A DNA stretch of 64,000 nucleotides from Ruminococcaceae bacterium UBA1405 (GTDB lineage Bacteria; Bacillota; Clostridia; Oscillospirales; Ruminococcaceae). The DNA lies in the NCBI GenBank assembly GCA_002305685.1, contig DBQB01000003.1:49254-113253 (forward strand), in the 5' to 3' direction. The notes beneath the pieces are model-generated. The model worked only from the letters and a program-made list of their open reading frames with translations, was not told the origin of the DNA and did not search any database. How positions within the stretch are numbered: the first letter of the stretch is position 1; every line of letters begins with the position of its first letter. Shown here one piece after another: positions 9,298 to 19,146 of this stretch. Made by a program: the position numbers and the translations under genes.

Positions 9298-10533
9298 CTA
9301 CAGATGTTGCGCCGCCAGATATCCGGTGGAAAAAGCAATCTGCAGATTAAACCCACCGGTGTAAGCGTCCACATCCAGCACCTCCCCGGCAAAAAACAAT
9401 CCGTCCAACAGTTTGGACTGCATTGTTGCCGGGTTCACCTGGGTTACCTGAACCCCGCCGCTGGTGACGATGGCCTCCTCGATGGGAGAAAAAGCCACCG
9501 GCTGCAGCGTGAAAGCCTTGATGCAGCTGACCAGCGCCATACGCTGTTCCCGGGTAATCTGGTTGACCTTGGTCTGCGGCGGGATCCCGCTTCGGGCCAC
9601 CATCACCGGGATCATCTTTGCGGGCAGCAGCGCTCCCAGGGCATTGATGAGATCCTTGTTCAGATTGGCCTCAAAATCCCGTAGAATACGGGCGTCCAGC
9701 TGATGGGGCTGAAGCGCCGGTTTGAGATCGATGGACAGCGTATAATCCGGAAATCTCTGATAATCCAGATGGGCAGAGGCGGAGAGTACCAGCGGTCCGG
9801 ATACCCCAAAATGGGTAAACAGCATCTCCCCCAACTCGGAAAACACCGGTTTTTTCTTCTTGCGGTCCAACAGAGAAAGGGTAACATTCTTCAGGGAAAG
9901 CCCCATCATCACCGGGCAATCCCGTCCCGCCACCAACATCGGCACCAGCGAAGGGTGGGGCGGGACAATCTCATGCCCCGCCTGCCGAGCCAGACGGTAT
10001 CCGTCCCCGGTGGAACCGGTGAGGGGATAGCTCATCCCGCCGGTGGCCACCACCACCGAAGGAGCCGAGATAACCCTTCCGTCCTCCAAAAGCACCCCTT
10101 GCAGCTTTGCATCCTGTATCACAAGGTCGGTGCAGCGTCCCTGCACCATTTGGCAGCCGCCTTTTTTGACAAACGCCGTCAGGGCGTCCACAATATCCAC
10201 CGCTTTGTCGGAGCAGGGAAAAACCCGGTTGCCCCGTTCGGTCTTTAACGGCACCCCCAGATCTGTAAACCACTGCATGGTATCCGCTGTCGAAAATGCG
10301 TGAATGGCACTGTAAAGGAACCGGCCATTACGCTTCACCATGCGGATAAAGGTGTCGTTATCACAGTTGTTGGTCACATTGCAGCGGCCTTTACCGGTGA
10401 TCATCACCTTGCGGGCGGGACGGGCATTTCGCTCCACCACCGCCACCGAAAGGCCTCGGGCGGCGGCAAACCCGGCGCAGCACATCCCGGCCGCACCGCC
10501 TCCCACTACAATCGCGTCAAATGTTTCCGACAT
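9298..10533 (-). CDS. HI0933/BaiN-like NAD(P)/FAD-dependent flavoprotein
   Basis: FDAIVVGGGAAGMCCAG dinucleotide fold, ...ITGKGRCNVTN..., 411 aa. Confidence 0.8.
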   Translation of the reverse strand: MSETFDAIVVGGGAAGMCCAGFAAARGLSVAVVERNARPARKVMITGKGRCNVTNNCDNDTFIRMVKRNGRFLYSAIHAFSTADTMQWFTDLGVPLKTERGNRVFPCSDKAVDIVDALTAFVKKGGCQMVQGRCTDLVIQDAKLQGVLLEDGRVISAPSVVVATGGMSYPLTGSTGDGYRLARQAGHEIVPPHPSLVPMLVAGRDCPVMMGLSLKNVTLSLLDRKKKKPVFSELGEMLFTHFGVSGPLVLSASAHLDYQRFPDYTLSIDLKPALQPHQLDARILRDFEANLNKDLINALGALLPAKMIPVMVARSGIPPQTKVNQITREQRMALVSCIKAFTLQPVAFSPIEEAIVTSGGVQVTQVNPATMQSKLLDGLFFAGEVLDVDAYTGGFNLQIAFSTGYLAAQHL

Positions 10534-10572
10534 AATTACCTCCTGGAGAAAATATCAGGGAACCGCCTCGGT

Positions 10573-11442
10573 TCAGCGCTTGCCATCCACCTTCTCGTAG
10601 ACGTTATATTCGTCCCAAATCTTTTCCAACCGTGCAAAGGTGTCGGCAATTTCCGCTTTCTTTTTCAGTCCCACCGAGACAATCAGGGCGTTGATGATGC
10701 TCAGCGGCGCCACCAGCGAGTCCACAAAGGAGGCCATATCGCTTCTGGCCAGCAGCATCCGGTTGCTGTTCTCCGCGATGGGGGAAAGCCGGCTGTCGGT
10801 GATGGCAATCACCTTTGCACCGCGGTTGTGGCAGTATTGAGCCGCCTGCACCGTCTTTTGGGAATAGCGGGGAAAACTCATGGCAATAAAGACATCCTCC
10901 TTGCCGATGCGCAGAATCTGCTCAAACAATTCACTGGTGCTGGAGGTATCCACCAACACCACGTTATCGAAGATATAATGAAAATAGGTGCTAAGAAAGA
11001 CCGCCAGCGCAGAGGAGGAACGAACCCCCATGATATAAATCTTTTTGGCCGCAATGATATCGTCCACCGCACCGTTAAAATCTTCCCGGGAGGTCTCCTC
11101 CAGGGTGCGGCGGATCTTTTCCACATCCATATTCAGCACCTTGGAGAGCACGTCGGAGGTACCCATCTGGTCGGTGGTAACCTCCATGCGCTGCACCGAG
11201 GTCAAGCGGTTGCGGATCATCTCCTGCAAGGCCCGCTGCAGCTGCGGATAACCGTCATAACCAATCTCAGAGGCGAACCGTACCACTGTGGATTCACTTA
11301 CCCCTACCGTATTGCCCAGCTTCGAGGCGGTCATAAAGGCGGCCTTGTCATAATGATCTATAATAAACTGACCGATCAGCCTTTGTCCTTTGGAAAAATC
11401 AGACATTCGGCTCTGTACCAGATGAATCAAATCTTTGTTCAT
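10573..11442 (-). CDS. MurR/RpiR-family transcriptional regulator (HTH plus SIS domain)
   Basis: The sequence contains MNKDLIHLVQSRMSDFSKGQRLIGQFIIDHYDKAAFMTASKLGNTVGVSESTVVRFA and a SIS-like C-terminal half. The start was chosen by a GGAGGAG RBS 9 nt upstream. Confidence 0.8.
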   Translation of the reverse strand: MNKDLIHLVQSRMSDFSKGQRLIGQFIIDHYDKAAFMTASKLGNTVGVSESTVVRFASEIGYDGYPQLQRALQEMIRNRLTSVQRMEVTTDQMGTSDVLSKVLNMDVEKIRRTLEETSREDFNGAVDDIIAAKKIYIMGVRSSSALAVFLSTYFHYIFDNVVLVDTSSTSELFEQILRIGKEDVFIAMSFPRYSQKTVQAAQYCHNRGAKVIAITDSRLSPIAENSNRMLLARSDMASFVDSLVAPLSIINALIVSVGLKKKAEIADTFARLEKIWDEYNVYEKVDGKR

Positions 11443-11730
11443 GCTATTATGCTCCTCCATTGCGTATCCCTGTGAAAACGCTTTTCTATTTCCTTCCATC
11501 GCTATTTCGTGGAGAGGAAACCGTACCTATATCTTAACTTGTTATCGCGCAAAAATCAAGGAAATATGCAGGAGTTCTTGAAAATCCTGCAAAAATCCAA
11601 AAAATAATATGATATTTCCCGGCCTTTGCAGGCAGATTTTTCTCCTGTGCGCATAAAAAGCGGCCGGACGCCGTCGCCGCGCCCGACCGCAAAATCGTTT
11701 ACTGATTAGGGCTGTTCTTGAGACAGATCC

Positions 11731-12804
11731 TCAATATCTGCGCATATTGGCGGCCTGTTTCATCAGCTCCGGTACAGGAAGGTTAAAGGGGCAACGCTGC
11801 ACACAGGCGCCGCAGGCCACACAGTTGGTGGGCAGCTGATCGTCCGGGACCTTCTCCTTATATTCGGTGGCGATGCTGTGCATCTGGGCCCAGTTGTTGC
11901 CGTTAAAGACCTCCCAGCGTCCCAGCAGCGCCAACACGGTGGGGATGGGAATGCCCTTGGGACAGGGCAGACAATATCCGCAGCCGCGGCAGTAGTTGCG
12001 GCCCCGAATGCTGATGCGGCCCATCAGCTCCTTGCGCTCCTCCTCGCTCATCTCAAGGGGAGCGGAAGCCACCGCCAGCGCCTCCGCCACGTGCTCCGGT
12101 TTTTCCATACCCGGAATCACGGTAGAAACCTGCTTGTTGGATGCGGCAAACCGCAGGCATTCCGCCGCCGTCACCGAAAAGCCCATCTGCGCGCTCTTTT
12201 CCGGGGTCAGCACACCGCCGCCCAGCGGTTTCATAACGATAACGCCCATATCCAGCTCCACCGCCAAGGGGATCAGCGTCTCCTCCAGCTCCGGGTTGAT
12301 GGGGTTGTAAGCCAGCATCACCGCTTCAAAATAACCGGAACGCATCATCTCCTCTCCAATGACGGCGTCATGGGTGGAGCAACAGATATGACGTATCATC
12401 CCTTTGTCCTTGAGCTCTCTCATATAATCCAGCACCCCATTGGTGCGCACCTTATCCCAGTTGGCCCGGGTACTGACGTCATGGACAAAAAGGATGTCCA
12501 GATAATCGGTCTGCAGATTCCGCATGGTGGTGGCGAAATCTTCCTGAAACTGGGAGAGCTCCCGGCGGATAATCTTGCTGGAGAGAATCATCTTATCCCG
12601 GATACCCAACTGACGGATGGCTTCCCCCAGACGCACCTCGCTCAGGCCATAGCCCCGCGCAGTATCTATGTAGTTAATACCGCCCTCATAGGCTTGTTTG
12701 ACCAGCTGCGTTACCAGTTCCTGATCCAGATTTCCCAACCGGATCCCGCCAAAAGCGATGGCGGAAACCTGCAACTGTGTTTTTCCCAATCTGCGATATT
12801 CCAT
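11731..12804 (-). CDS. Aldo/keto reductase with a C-terminal Cys-rich (4Fe-4S-type) extension
   Basis: MEYRRLGKTQLQVSAIAFGG...INYIDTARGYG. The C-terminus carries CRGCGYCLPCP and CVACGACVQRCP. Confidence 0.75.
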   Translation of the reverse strand: MEYRRLGKTQLQVSAIAFGGIRLGNLDQELVTQLVKQAYEGGINYIDTARGYGLSEVRLGEAIRQLGIRDKMILSSKIIRRELSQFQEDFATTMRNLQTDYLDILFVHDVSTRANWDKVRTNGVLDYMRELKDKGMIRHICCSTHDAVIGEEMMRSGYFEAVMLAYNPINPELEETLIPLAVELDMGVIVMKPLGGGVLTPEKSAQMGFSVTAAECLRFAASNKQVSTVIPGMEKPEHVAEALAVASAPLEMSEEERKELMGRISIRGRNYCRGCGYCLPCPKGIPIPTVLALLGRWEVFNGNNWAQMHSIATEYKEKVPDDQLPTNCVACGACVQRCPFNLPVPELMKQAANMRRY

Positions 12805-12855
12805 AATCTGTCTCCTCCGTTTCTTGAATAGATGGATAAAAAATCGGCCAAATCT

Positions 12856-15177
12856 CTAAGAAAATACCTGTATCTGCGCCATGGCGGGGGAGACGGACGT
12901 GCCGCTTTCAGCAAACACCTTGATACTTCCCGGTGTTCCGTCCAACCGAACCAACACTGTGGCACATCCCCGATACAGCGGGATAGAATTCTGATCATAC
13001 CGCTCTTCCCCCATCAGTTCGCCGTTGTCCACCGCAGCCAGCCGTCCCGGGCCTTCCACCCGGAAACACACCCGTATCCTTGGATGAAAGCATCGATTGC
13101 CCTGCTGGTCGACGGCATGGACCCGCAGCAGCAGGGTATATCCCTTCTCCGCAGGAGCCTTTCTGAGCGGCGTCTCGAATACAAACCCCGCAACAGGGCC
13201 GGGGGTCACCGTCACCTGGCGGCAGACCTCCTTTCCCCCACAAATGCCCACTACCTCTACCCGTCCGCTTTGATAGGGCAGGAACCCGGCAATCAGGCGA
13301 TTGGGGCAGCTTTTCGGCTCCGGAAGATAGTAACGCGTCCCATTGAGGTACAGCTCAACCTGTTCACAGTTGCTGGAAATCACGTAAGGGATCACCGCTT
13401 TATGGATTTGTGGAAAATCCCAATGATCGGCGTACATGGGAATATCCCACATCTCTTTGACCCCTTCATCGGGGAGGGAGGTATCCAGCACCGAAAAGTG
13501 TACCATCGGATCATCGCTCCAATAGCTTTGCATCATATAATAGCTGGGACGCCGGTCGCCGGTAGTGCGTATCAGCGAACCACCCCAACCTTTTGAGGGA
13601 TATCCCACCGATTCTCCCAGATAATCAAATCCCGTCCAGATAAAACCTCCGATCACATAGTCATAATAGAACGGCACCAGCGCCGGCACAGAGCAGTCAA
13701 AATTCTTCATTTGATCCCTGCGTCCCATAAAATACTGGTATATTTCAGTGCCTAAAATCAGCTTATCGGGAAAACGCAGATGCATCTGCTGGTACCAAGG
13801 TTCCTGATAATTACAGCAGAGGATGTCTACCCAACGAGCAATCTCTGCCACCCGCTGCATCCGCTCCTCCACATCATAAATCTCGGTGTCGGAAACTTCG
13901 TCTACAAACTGCTGGATATCGGCAACCCGACGGGCGTCCACACCGCTCTCCCGTTTGAAGTGAGGGTTGAGCGCCACACTGACCGGACGGGTGTCGTCAA
14001 GCGTCAACAGATATTCTCTCAGCATCCGAAGCAGCCGGATCATTGAGGGCTGACCTTGATTTTCCACTTCATTTCCCAGCCCCCAGATCACAACGCTGGG
14101 ACGATTGCGGTCCCGCAGTACCATGGCGGAAAGATCCTTGCGCCACTGGGTATCAAAATACCGACCATAGAGGCCGCTCTGCCATTTGTCAAAGCATTCC
14201 TCATAAACATAAAATCCCATCTCGTCGCATAGATCCAAAAATTCCTCCGCAAACAGATGATGGGCCAAACGCAGGGCGTTACAGCCCGCCTCCTTGAGAT
14301 CTTCCAATCGCTCCCGCCACAGTTCCGGATGAAATGCATTTCCCAGCGGAGCAAAATCCTGATGTATGCAAACCCCCTTGAGTTTTACCTTTTCTCCGTT
14401 TACCAGCATCCCCTGCTCAGAATCAAAAACAATCTCCCGAAGGCCGATCTGCATCGAAATTTGATCCATTGGCTGGGCATCCTGCAGCAGAGTAAGGGTT
14501 AGGGTATATCGATACGGGGTTTGAGCGCTCCAAAGTTTGGGGTGTTCCACCACAAAATGGAGTTTCCCGTCCTCTCCAGATCTTTGCTGTAACTGGACAT
14601 CCTCCCCCTGGAGCATCCCCAGCAGTTCCCCTGCTTCCCCGCCATCCACCGTAACGGCGGCAGTATTCCCCTTAAGGTGGGTCTGCACACGAATCTGCTG
14701 CGGATCCAGATGTCTTTGGGGCAGCGCCATCCATCTTACCCGGCGATAAATCCCGGCAGGGCTGAGCCAACGGTCAGCCGGAATCTGGGAATTGTCCGCC
14801 TTTACCAGCAGCGTATTCTCTCCTGGCTGGATCGCATCGGTAATTTCCACACGAAAAGGGGTATATCCATACAAGTTTTCCCCAACCTGCACCCCGTTGA
14901 CCCAGACCGTGCTACATTCATACACACCGCCAAAATCCAGATAATAACGGTATCCTTCCATTTTAGCATCCAGCAAAAATTTATTGCGATACCAGAGAAC
15001 GCCGAACCGGTTCCGATATCCCTGTGCTCCCGCCTGAGGCATGGTGCGGGAAAACGGGGCTTCCACCGCCCAATCGTGGGGCAGCTCCACCGCATGAAAT
15101 GCATCCTGCTGCGGCAGCTGCTCGCCCATAGCAAAATACCATCCATCCATCAACGGACGGACGATTCTTTCCAACAT
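12856..15177 (-). CDS. Glycoside hydrolase family 2 (beta-galactosidase/beta-glucuronidase-like)
   Basis: 773 aa. Contains VELPHDWAVE, WYRNKF, VWVNGVQVG, NALRLAHH and VIWGLGNE, which are typical GH2 blocks. Confidence 0.8.
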   Translation of the reverse strand: MLERIVRPLMDGWYFAMGEQLPQQDAFHAVELPHDWAVEAPFSRTMPQAGAQGYRNRFGVLWYRNKFLLDAKMEGYRYYLDFGGVYECSTVWVNGVQVGENLYGYTPFRVEITDAIQPGENTLLVKADNSQIPADRWLSPAGIYRRVRWMALPQRHLDPQQIRVQTHLKGNTAAVTVDGGEAGELLGMLQGEDVQLQQRSGEDGKLHFVVEHPKLWSAQTPYRYTLTLTLLQDAQPMDQISMQIGLREIVFDSEQGMLVNGEKVKLKGVCIHQDFAPLGNAFHPELWRERLEDLKEAGCNALRLAHHLFAEEFLDLCDEMGFYVYEECFDKWQSGLYGRYFDTQWRKDLSAMVLRDRNRPSVVIWGLGNEVENQGQPSMIRLLRMLREYLLTLDDTRPVSVALNPHFKRESGVDARRVADIQQFVDEVSDTEIYDVEERMQRVAEIARWVDILCCNYQEPWYQQMHLRFPDKLILGTEIYQYFMGRRDQMKNFDCSVPALVPFYYDYVIGGFIWTGFDYLGESVGYPSKGWGGSLIRTTGDRRPSYYMMQSYWSDDPMVHFSVLDTSLPDEGVKEMWDIPMYADHWDFPQIHKAVIPYVISSNCEQVELYLNGTRYYLPEPKSCPNRLIAGFLPYQSGRVEVVGICGGKEVCRQVTVTPGPVAGFVFETPLRKAPAEKGYTLLLRVHAVDQQGNRCFHPRIRVCFRVEGPGRLAAVDNGELMGEERYDQNSIPLYRGCATVLVRLDGTPGSIKVFAESGTSVSPAMAQIQVFS

Positions 15178-15309
15178 CGTTCTGCCTCCTTCCCCAGTAC
15201 AGGTCTCTGCGATATGCTGCCTTTATCATAGCATACGATGGTAAAAACCACAACCTCCGCCGGGAACAAAAAAGCACGGACCTGAAAGGTCCGCGCGGTG
15301 AGGATATTT

Positions 15310-15654
15310 TTAATGGTAGATGGTGCTTCTGGCGGCAGGAATGTCGGGGGCGCCAACGGTGGTTTCCAGTTCCCTGGCACCGTTTTGCAGCTGCTGTCCC
15401 GAGATATAATTTTTATAACAGCTGAGCACTGCATCCTCCAGTTCTCTGCGGGCTTGGGGGGAGATGGGATGGGCAATATCCCGATAGATTCCGTTTTCAT
15501 CCCTGCGGCTGGGCATGGCCACAAACAGCCGCTGAGGCCCCTCGATCACCTTGATGTCGTGAATGGCCAGATCGTTGTCAACGGTGACCGACACCACTGC
15601 CCGAAGACGGGCGTCCTGATAGGTTCTTCTGATTCTGATATCTGTGATATTCAT
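15310..15654 (-). CDS. spoVG: SpoVG-family protein
   Basis: MNITDIRIRRTYQDARLRAVVSVTVDNDLAIHDIKVIEGPQRLFVAMPSRR. An AAGGAGGA RBS is present. The track ORF start is upstream and unsupported. Confidence 0.85.
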   Translation of the reverse strand: MNITDIRIRRTYQDARLRAVVSVTVDNDLAIHDIKVIEGPQRLFVAMPSRRDENGIYRDIAHPISPQARRELEDAVLSCYKNYISGQQLQNGARELETTVGAPDIPAARSTIYH

Positions 15655-15927
15655 GGCAGTACAGCAATCCTCCTTGATGTTTCCTGGTTTGATGATCGGT
15701 CCGGTGATGATACCGGTGTACTGGTAGTATGTACCGCTGTATCCAGAATATGCACCCCAGCACAAAATCCTATGGCACAGCGGAAAAAGGTGTTTATTTT
15801 ATAGCGGCGACGCAATATAATATAGGAGTAGAAAGCTGAGGAAAGGCAGCAAACATCCGGCTGCGAGATTGGATCGCCCCGCCTTTCCTCAGGACCGATA
15901 TTGGAAAATCACCGGGAGGTTATCAAT

Positions 15928-17361
15928 ATGCAACCACATCACGCCACCGCTGTTGAGAAAGGGATTCTCAGCGGGAAAAAACATCTGCATTTCATTGGGA
16001 TCGGCGGTTCCGGAATGTTCCCCATCGTCCAGATCCTTCACAAAAAAGGATATATCATCACCGGTTCGGACAACAACGAGAGCGATATTCTGAAGATGGA
16101 GCGGGCTATGGGGCTCACTGTCTCGCTGGGACACAAGGCGGAGAATGTTGTCGGGGCGGACCTGGTGGTGTACAGCGCCGCCATCTTTCAGGACAACTGT
16201 GAGCTTACCTATGCCCGGGAGCACAATATCCCCACGGTGGAGCGCTCGGTGATGTTGGGAGCCATCTCCGACAGCTTTGAAAACGCCATCTGCATCAGCG
16301 GCACCCACGGGAAAACCACCACCACCTCGCTGCTCACCTCCATTCTCATCGACTGCGGACAGGATCCCAGCGCCGTGATCGGCGGAAAACTGCCCAAAAT
16401 CGGTGGTTACGGCTGCGTTGGGGAACGGGACCTGTTTGTCTGTGAAGCCTGTGAATTTGTGGACACCTTTTTGCATCTCTCACCGGACATCGCCGTAATC
16501 CTCAACATCGACGACGATCATCTGGATTATTTTAAGACCATGGAGAATCTGAAGCATTCCTTCCACAAGTTTGCCTCCATGGCTTCCCGTCTGGTCATCT
16601 ACAACGGGGACGACGCCAACACCCGCGACGCGATGGAGGGAATTGAAACCCGCCGCATCACCTTTGGCCTGGGGCCGCACAACGATTACTTTGCCACCGA
16701 TCTGAAGCTGCACGACGGGGTCAATTTCCAGTATACCCTGCACCATCGCGGGCAGCCGCAGGGGACCATCGTCCTCTCCATCCCTGGACGCCACAACGTC
16801 CTCAACTCCCTGGCAGCCATCGCCGCTGCCCACGAGATGGGAATTTCATTTTCTCAGATTTCGGGATGTATCGGCGACTTCCGGGGAGCCGGACGCCGCT
16901 TCGAGATTCTGGAGCAGGTGGACGGGGTTACCTTTGCGGACGATTATGCCCACCATCCCACAGAACTGAAAGCCACCCTGGAAACTGCCAAGCAGATGGA
17001 TTTCAAGCGGGTCTGGGCGGTATTCCAGCCCTTCACCTACTCCCGCACCGCCATGCTGCTGGAGGATTTCGCCCAGGTGCTCTCCATTGCAGACCGGGTG
17101 GTGCTCTCGGAGATTATGGGCAGCCGGGAGAAAAACACCTATCATATCTACAGCGCCGATCTGGCCGCGAAGATTCGAGGATGCAGCTGGTTTACCACCT
17201 TTGAGGAGATTGCCGAGTATATGGCCCGGGAGGTTCGTCCCGGGGATCTGGTAATTACCCTGGGGTGCGGGGATATCTACAAATGTGCCCGCATGATGAT
17301 TGCCAAACGAAAGGCGCTTTCCGCGGCTTCCAAACCGCAGGAGGACGCCAAAACCCTATAA
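15928..17361 (+). CDS. murC: UDP-N-acetylmuramate--L-alanine ligase
   Basis: HFIGIGGSGMFPIVQIL and ISGTHGKTTTTS. 477 aa counted from MQPHH, which has a GGGAGG RBS. Confidence 0.9.
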   Translation: MQPHHATAVEKGILSGKKHLHFIGIGGSGMFPIVQILHKKGYIITGSDNNESDILKMERAMGLTVSLGHKAENVVGADLVVYSAAIFQDNCELTYAREHNIPTVERSVMLGAISDSFENAICISGTHGKTTTTSLLTSILIDCGQDPSAVIGGKLPKIGGYGCVGERDLFVCEACEFVDTFLHLSPDIAVILNIDDDHLDYFKTMENLKHSFHKFASMASRLVIYNGDDANTRDAMEGIETRRITFGLGPHNDYFATDLKLHDGVNFQYTLHHRGQPQGTIVLSIPGRHNVLNSLAAIAAAHEMGISFSQISGCIGDFRGAGRRFEILEQVDGVTFADDYAHHPTELKATLETAKQMDFKRVWAVFQPFTYSRTAMLLEDFAQVLSIADRVVLSEIMGSREKNTYHIYSADLAAKIRGCSWFTTFEEIAEYMAREVRPGDLVITLGCGDIYKCARMMIAKRKALSAASKPQEDAKTL

Positions 17362-17389
17362 ACGCCAAAAAGAAAGGATGTCTCGCATT

Positions 17390-18202
17390 ATGAACACCAT
17401 CTATCATTGCTTCCCCGGCGGCGCTTTCAAGGTTTTGACCATGAGCTATGACGACGGCACCATTGCCGACCGCCATCTGATCTCCATCTTCAACAAATAT
17501 GGCATCAAAGGTACCTTCCACATCAACGGCGGCCTGTTGGGAACCAAAGCCGCCAGAGAGCGCATCCCTGCCAGTGAGATGCAGCAGCTGTATCAGGGCC
17601 ACGAAATCTCCTGCCATACCCTCACCCACCCCACCATCGCCCGCTGCCCGCTGCCCATGGTAGCCCAGCAGGTGCTGGAGGACCGCCGGATTCTGGAGGA
17701 GATCGCCGGTTATCCGGTGCGGGGCCTGAGCTATCCCAACGGCTCCTACAGCAAGGAGATTGTGGATATGCTCCCGGCTCTGGGCATCGAATATTCCCGG
17801 GTGGTGGGAAACACCGACGGCTTTGCCATGCCGGAGGATTTTCTGCGCTGGACCTCCACCTGCCATCACAACCACAACCTGCTCCAGCTGGGCAAACAGT
17901 TCCTGGGGCTGGAGAAAAAACAATACCTGTTCATGATGTATGTCTGGGGTCACAGCTATGAGTTTGACAACGACAACAACTGGGATCTGATGGAACAGTT
18001 CTGCCAGATGATGTCCAACCAGCCCAACATCTGGTATGCCACCAACATCCAGATTGTGGACTATATGAACGCCCTCAAACAGCTGCGCTTCACCGCCGAC
18101 GGAAGCACCGTACATAATCCCAGCGCTTCCCCGGTATGGCTGAGCATCAACAACGACGCCATTGTCAAGGTGGATGGCGGCGAAACCAAAAAGCTTTATT
18201 GA
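17390..18202 (+). CDS. Polysaccharide deacetylase (CE4 NodB-like)
   Basis: VLTMSYDDGTIADRHLISIFNKYGIKGTFHINGG and HEISCHTLTHP. The start at MNTIYH is uncertain by a few codons. Confidence 0.75.
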   Translation: MNTIYHCFPGGAFKVLTMSYDDGTIADRHLISIFNKYGIKGTFHINGGLLGTKAARERIPASEMQQLYQGHEISCHTLTHPTIARCPLPMVAQQVLEDRRILEEIAGYPVRGLSYPNGSYSKEIVDMLPALGIEYSRVVGNTDGFAMPEDFLRWTSTCHHNHNLLQLGKQFLGLEKKQYLFMMYVWGHSYEFDNDNNWDLMEQFCQMMSNQPNIWYATNIQIVDYMNALKQLRFTADGSTVHNPSASPVWLSINNDAIVKVDGGETKKLY

Positions 18203-18565
18203 GCCTTTTTGTCCCCGTGCCGCCGACAAGCGGCGGCACGAGGATTGCCGATTGGTTCTGTTTGGTTCTGTCTGCAAAATATCCACCTTTATTTTAGGAA
18301 ATTATCACAAATTGCAAAAGTTTCGGCTATGGAATTGATGGAAAACCATTGATTTTTACGCCGGATTCATGTATCATTATTATAATGTCAACATTTCTTC
18401 GCTAAACTATTATTGAAATCTTCCTCTCCCCCAGGGAAAAGAGAGAAAATTCCGTTTTAGTGAACCGGACAGAAATGGGCTTCCACCTTGGAGCGAGGAT
18501 CTCCCCGTGGAGCCATCATATTTTTTCAGTGGCGCAGCCACCGTCAAATTAGGAGGAACATACAT

Positions 18566-18994
18566 ATGAAAATGCAAGCCCTGTACCAATCCACCAAAAC
18601 CGACAACACCTATCGTCTCTCTGAGGTCGTTTCCAGAGAGCACAAATGTAAATGCGACCAGATTCCCCCCGCATATCCCTGCGAGAATGAAAAGCTGGTT
18701 TTCGTTGCGGTAGAAGGCAAAAACAGCAAACCCGACAAGAAGGTTGTGGCATTCTGCAAGGACCTGACCCCTGCCAGAGCCAAAAACGTTGCCTTCATGA
18801 TTATCTCCACCACCGGAACTGAGGGCTGCTCCACCCTGGCTGAGATTGTTAAGAGCAAAGGCGTCAACGTGATCGACTCTCACTTTGAGTGCAAGGTCAA
18901 AGGCGGCCTGTTCGGCATGGGTAAAGTAGCAGACTCCGATCTGGCCAACTGCAAAGCATGGGCTCAGAAGGTTGTTGATTCTCTCAGCGAGTAA
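18566..18994 (+). CDS. Small hypothetical protein, possibly flavodoxin-fold
   Basis: A strong AGGAGG RBS lies 8 nt before ATGAAAATG. The ORF is 142 aa. The fold suggestion is weak. Confidence 0.5.
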   Translation: MKMQALYQSTKTDNTYRLSEVVSREHKCKCDQIPPAYPCENEKLVFVAVEGKNSKPDKKVVAFCKDLTPARAKNVAFMIISTTGTEGCSTLAEIVKSKGVNVIDSHFECKVKGGLFGMGKVADSDLANCKAWAQKVVDSLSE

Positions 18995-19016
18995 TTTCAT
19001 TGTAGATCCAACCATG

Positions 19017-19057
19017 AAAGAGCTACGGCAATCGCGTATTGCTATAGCTCTTTTTTT
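19017..19057 (+). terminator. Rho-independent terminator after 18566-18994
   Basis: An AAAGAGCTA...TAGCTCTTT hairpin is followed by T7. Confidence 0.6.
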
Positions 19058-19070
19058 GTTATCATGTGCA

Positions 19071-19113
19071 AAAAACAAAAGGTACAGACCCTCTAAAAGT
19101 CTGTACCTTTTTT
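19071..19113 (-). terminator. Terminator after the M20 gene. The hairpin has T-runs on both sides and could work in either direction.
   Basis: GGTACAGAC...GTCTGTACC is flanked by an A-run and a T-run. Confidence 0.6.
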
Positions 19114-19146
19114 ACATTTTGTAATATTTTGTCTAAATACTACAGA

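Noticed and set aside
18252-18271. Tandem duplication TTGGTTCTGT x2
   Set aside because: There are only two copies of a 10-mer in an intergenic region. That is too short to call a repeat element or a regulatory site.
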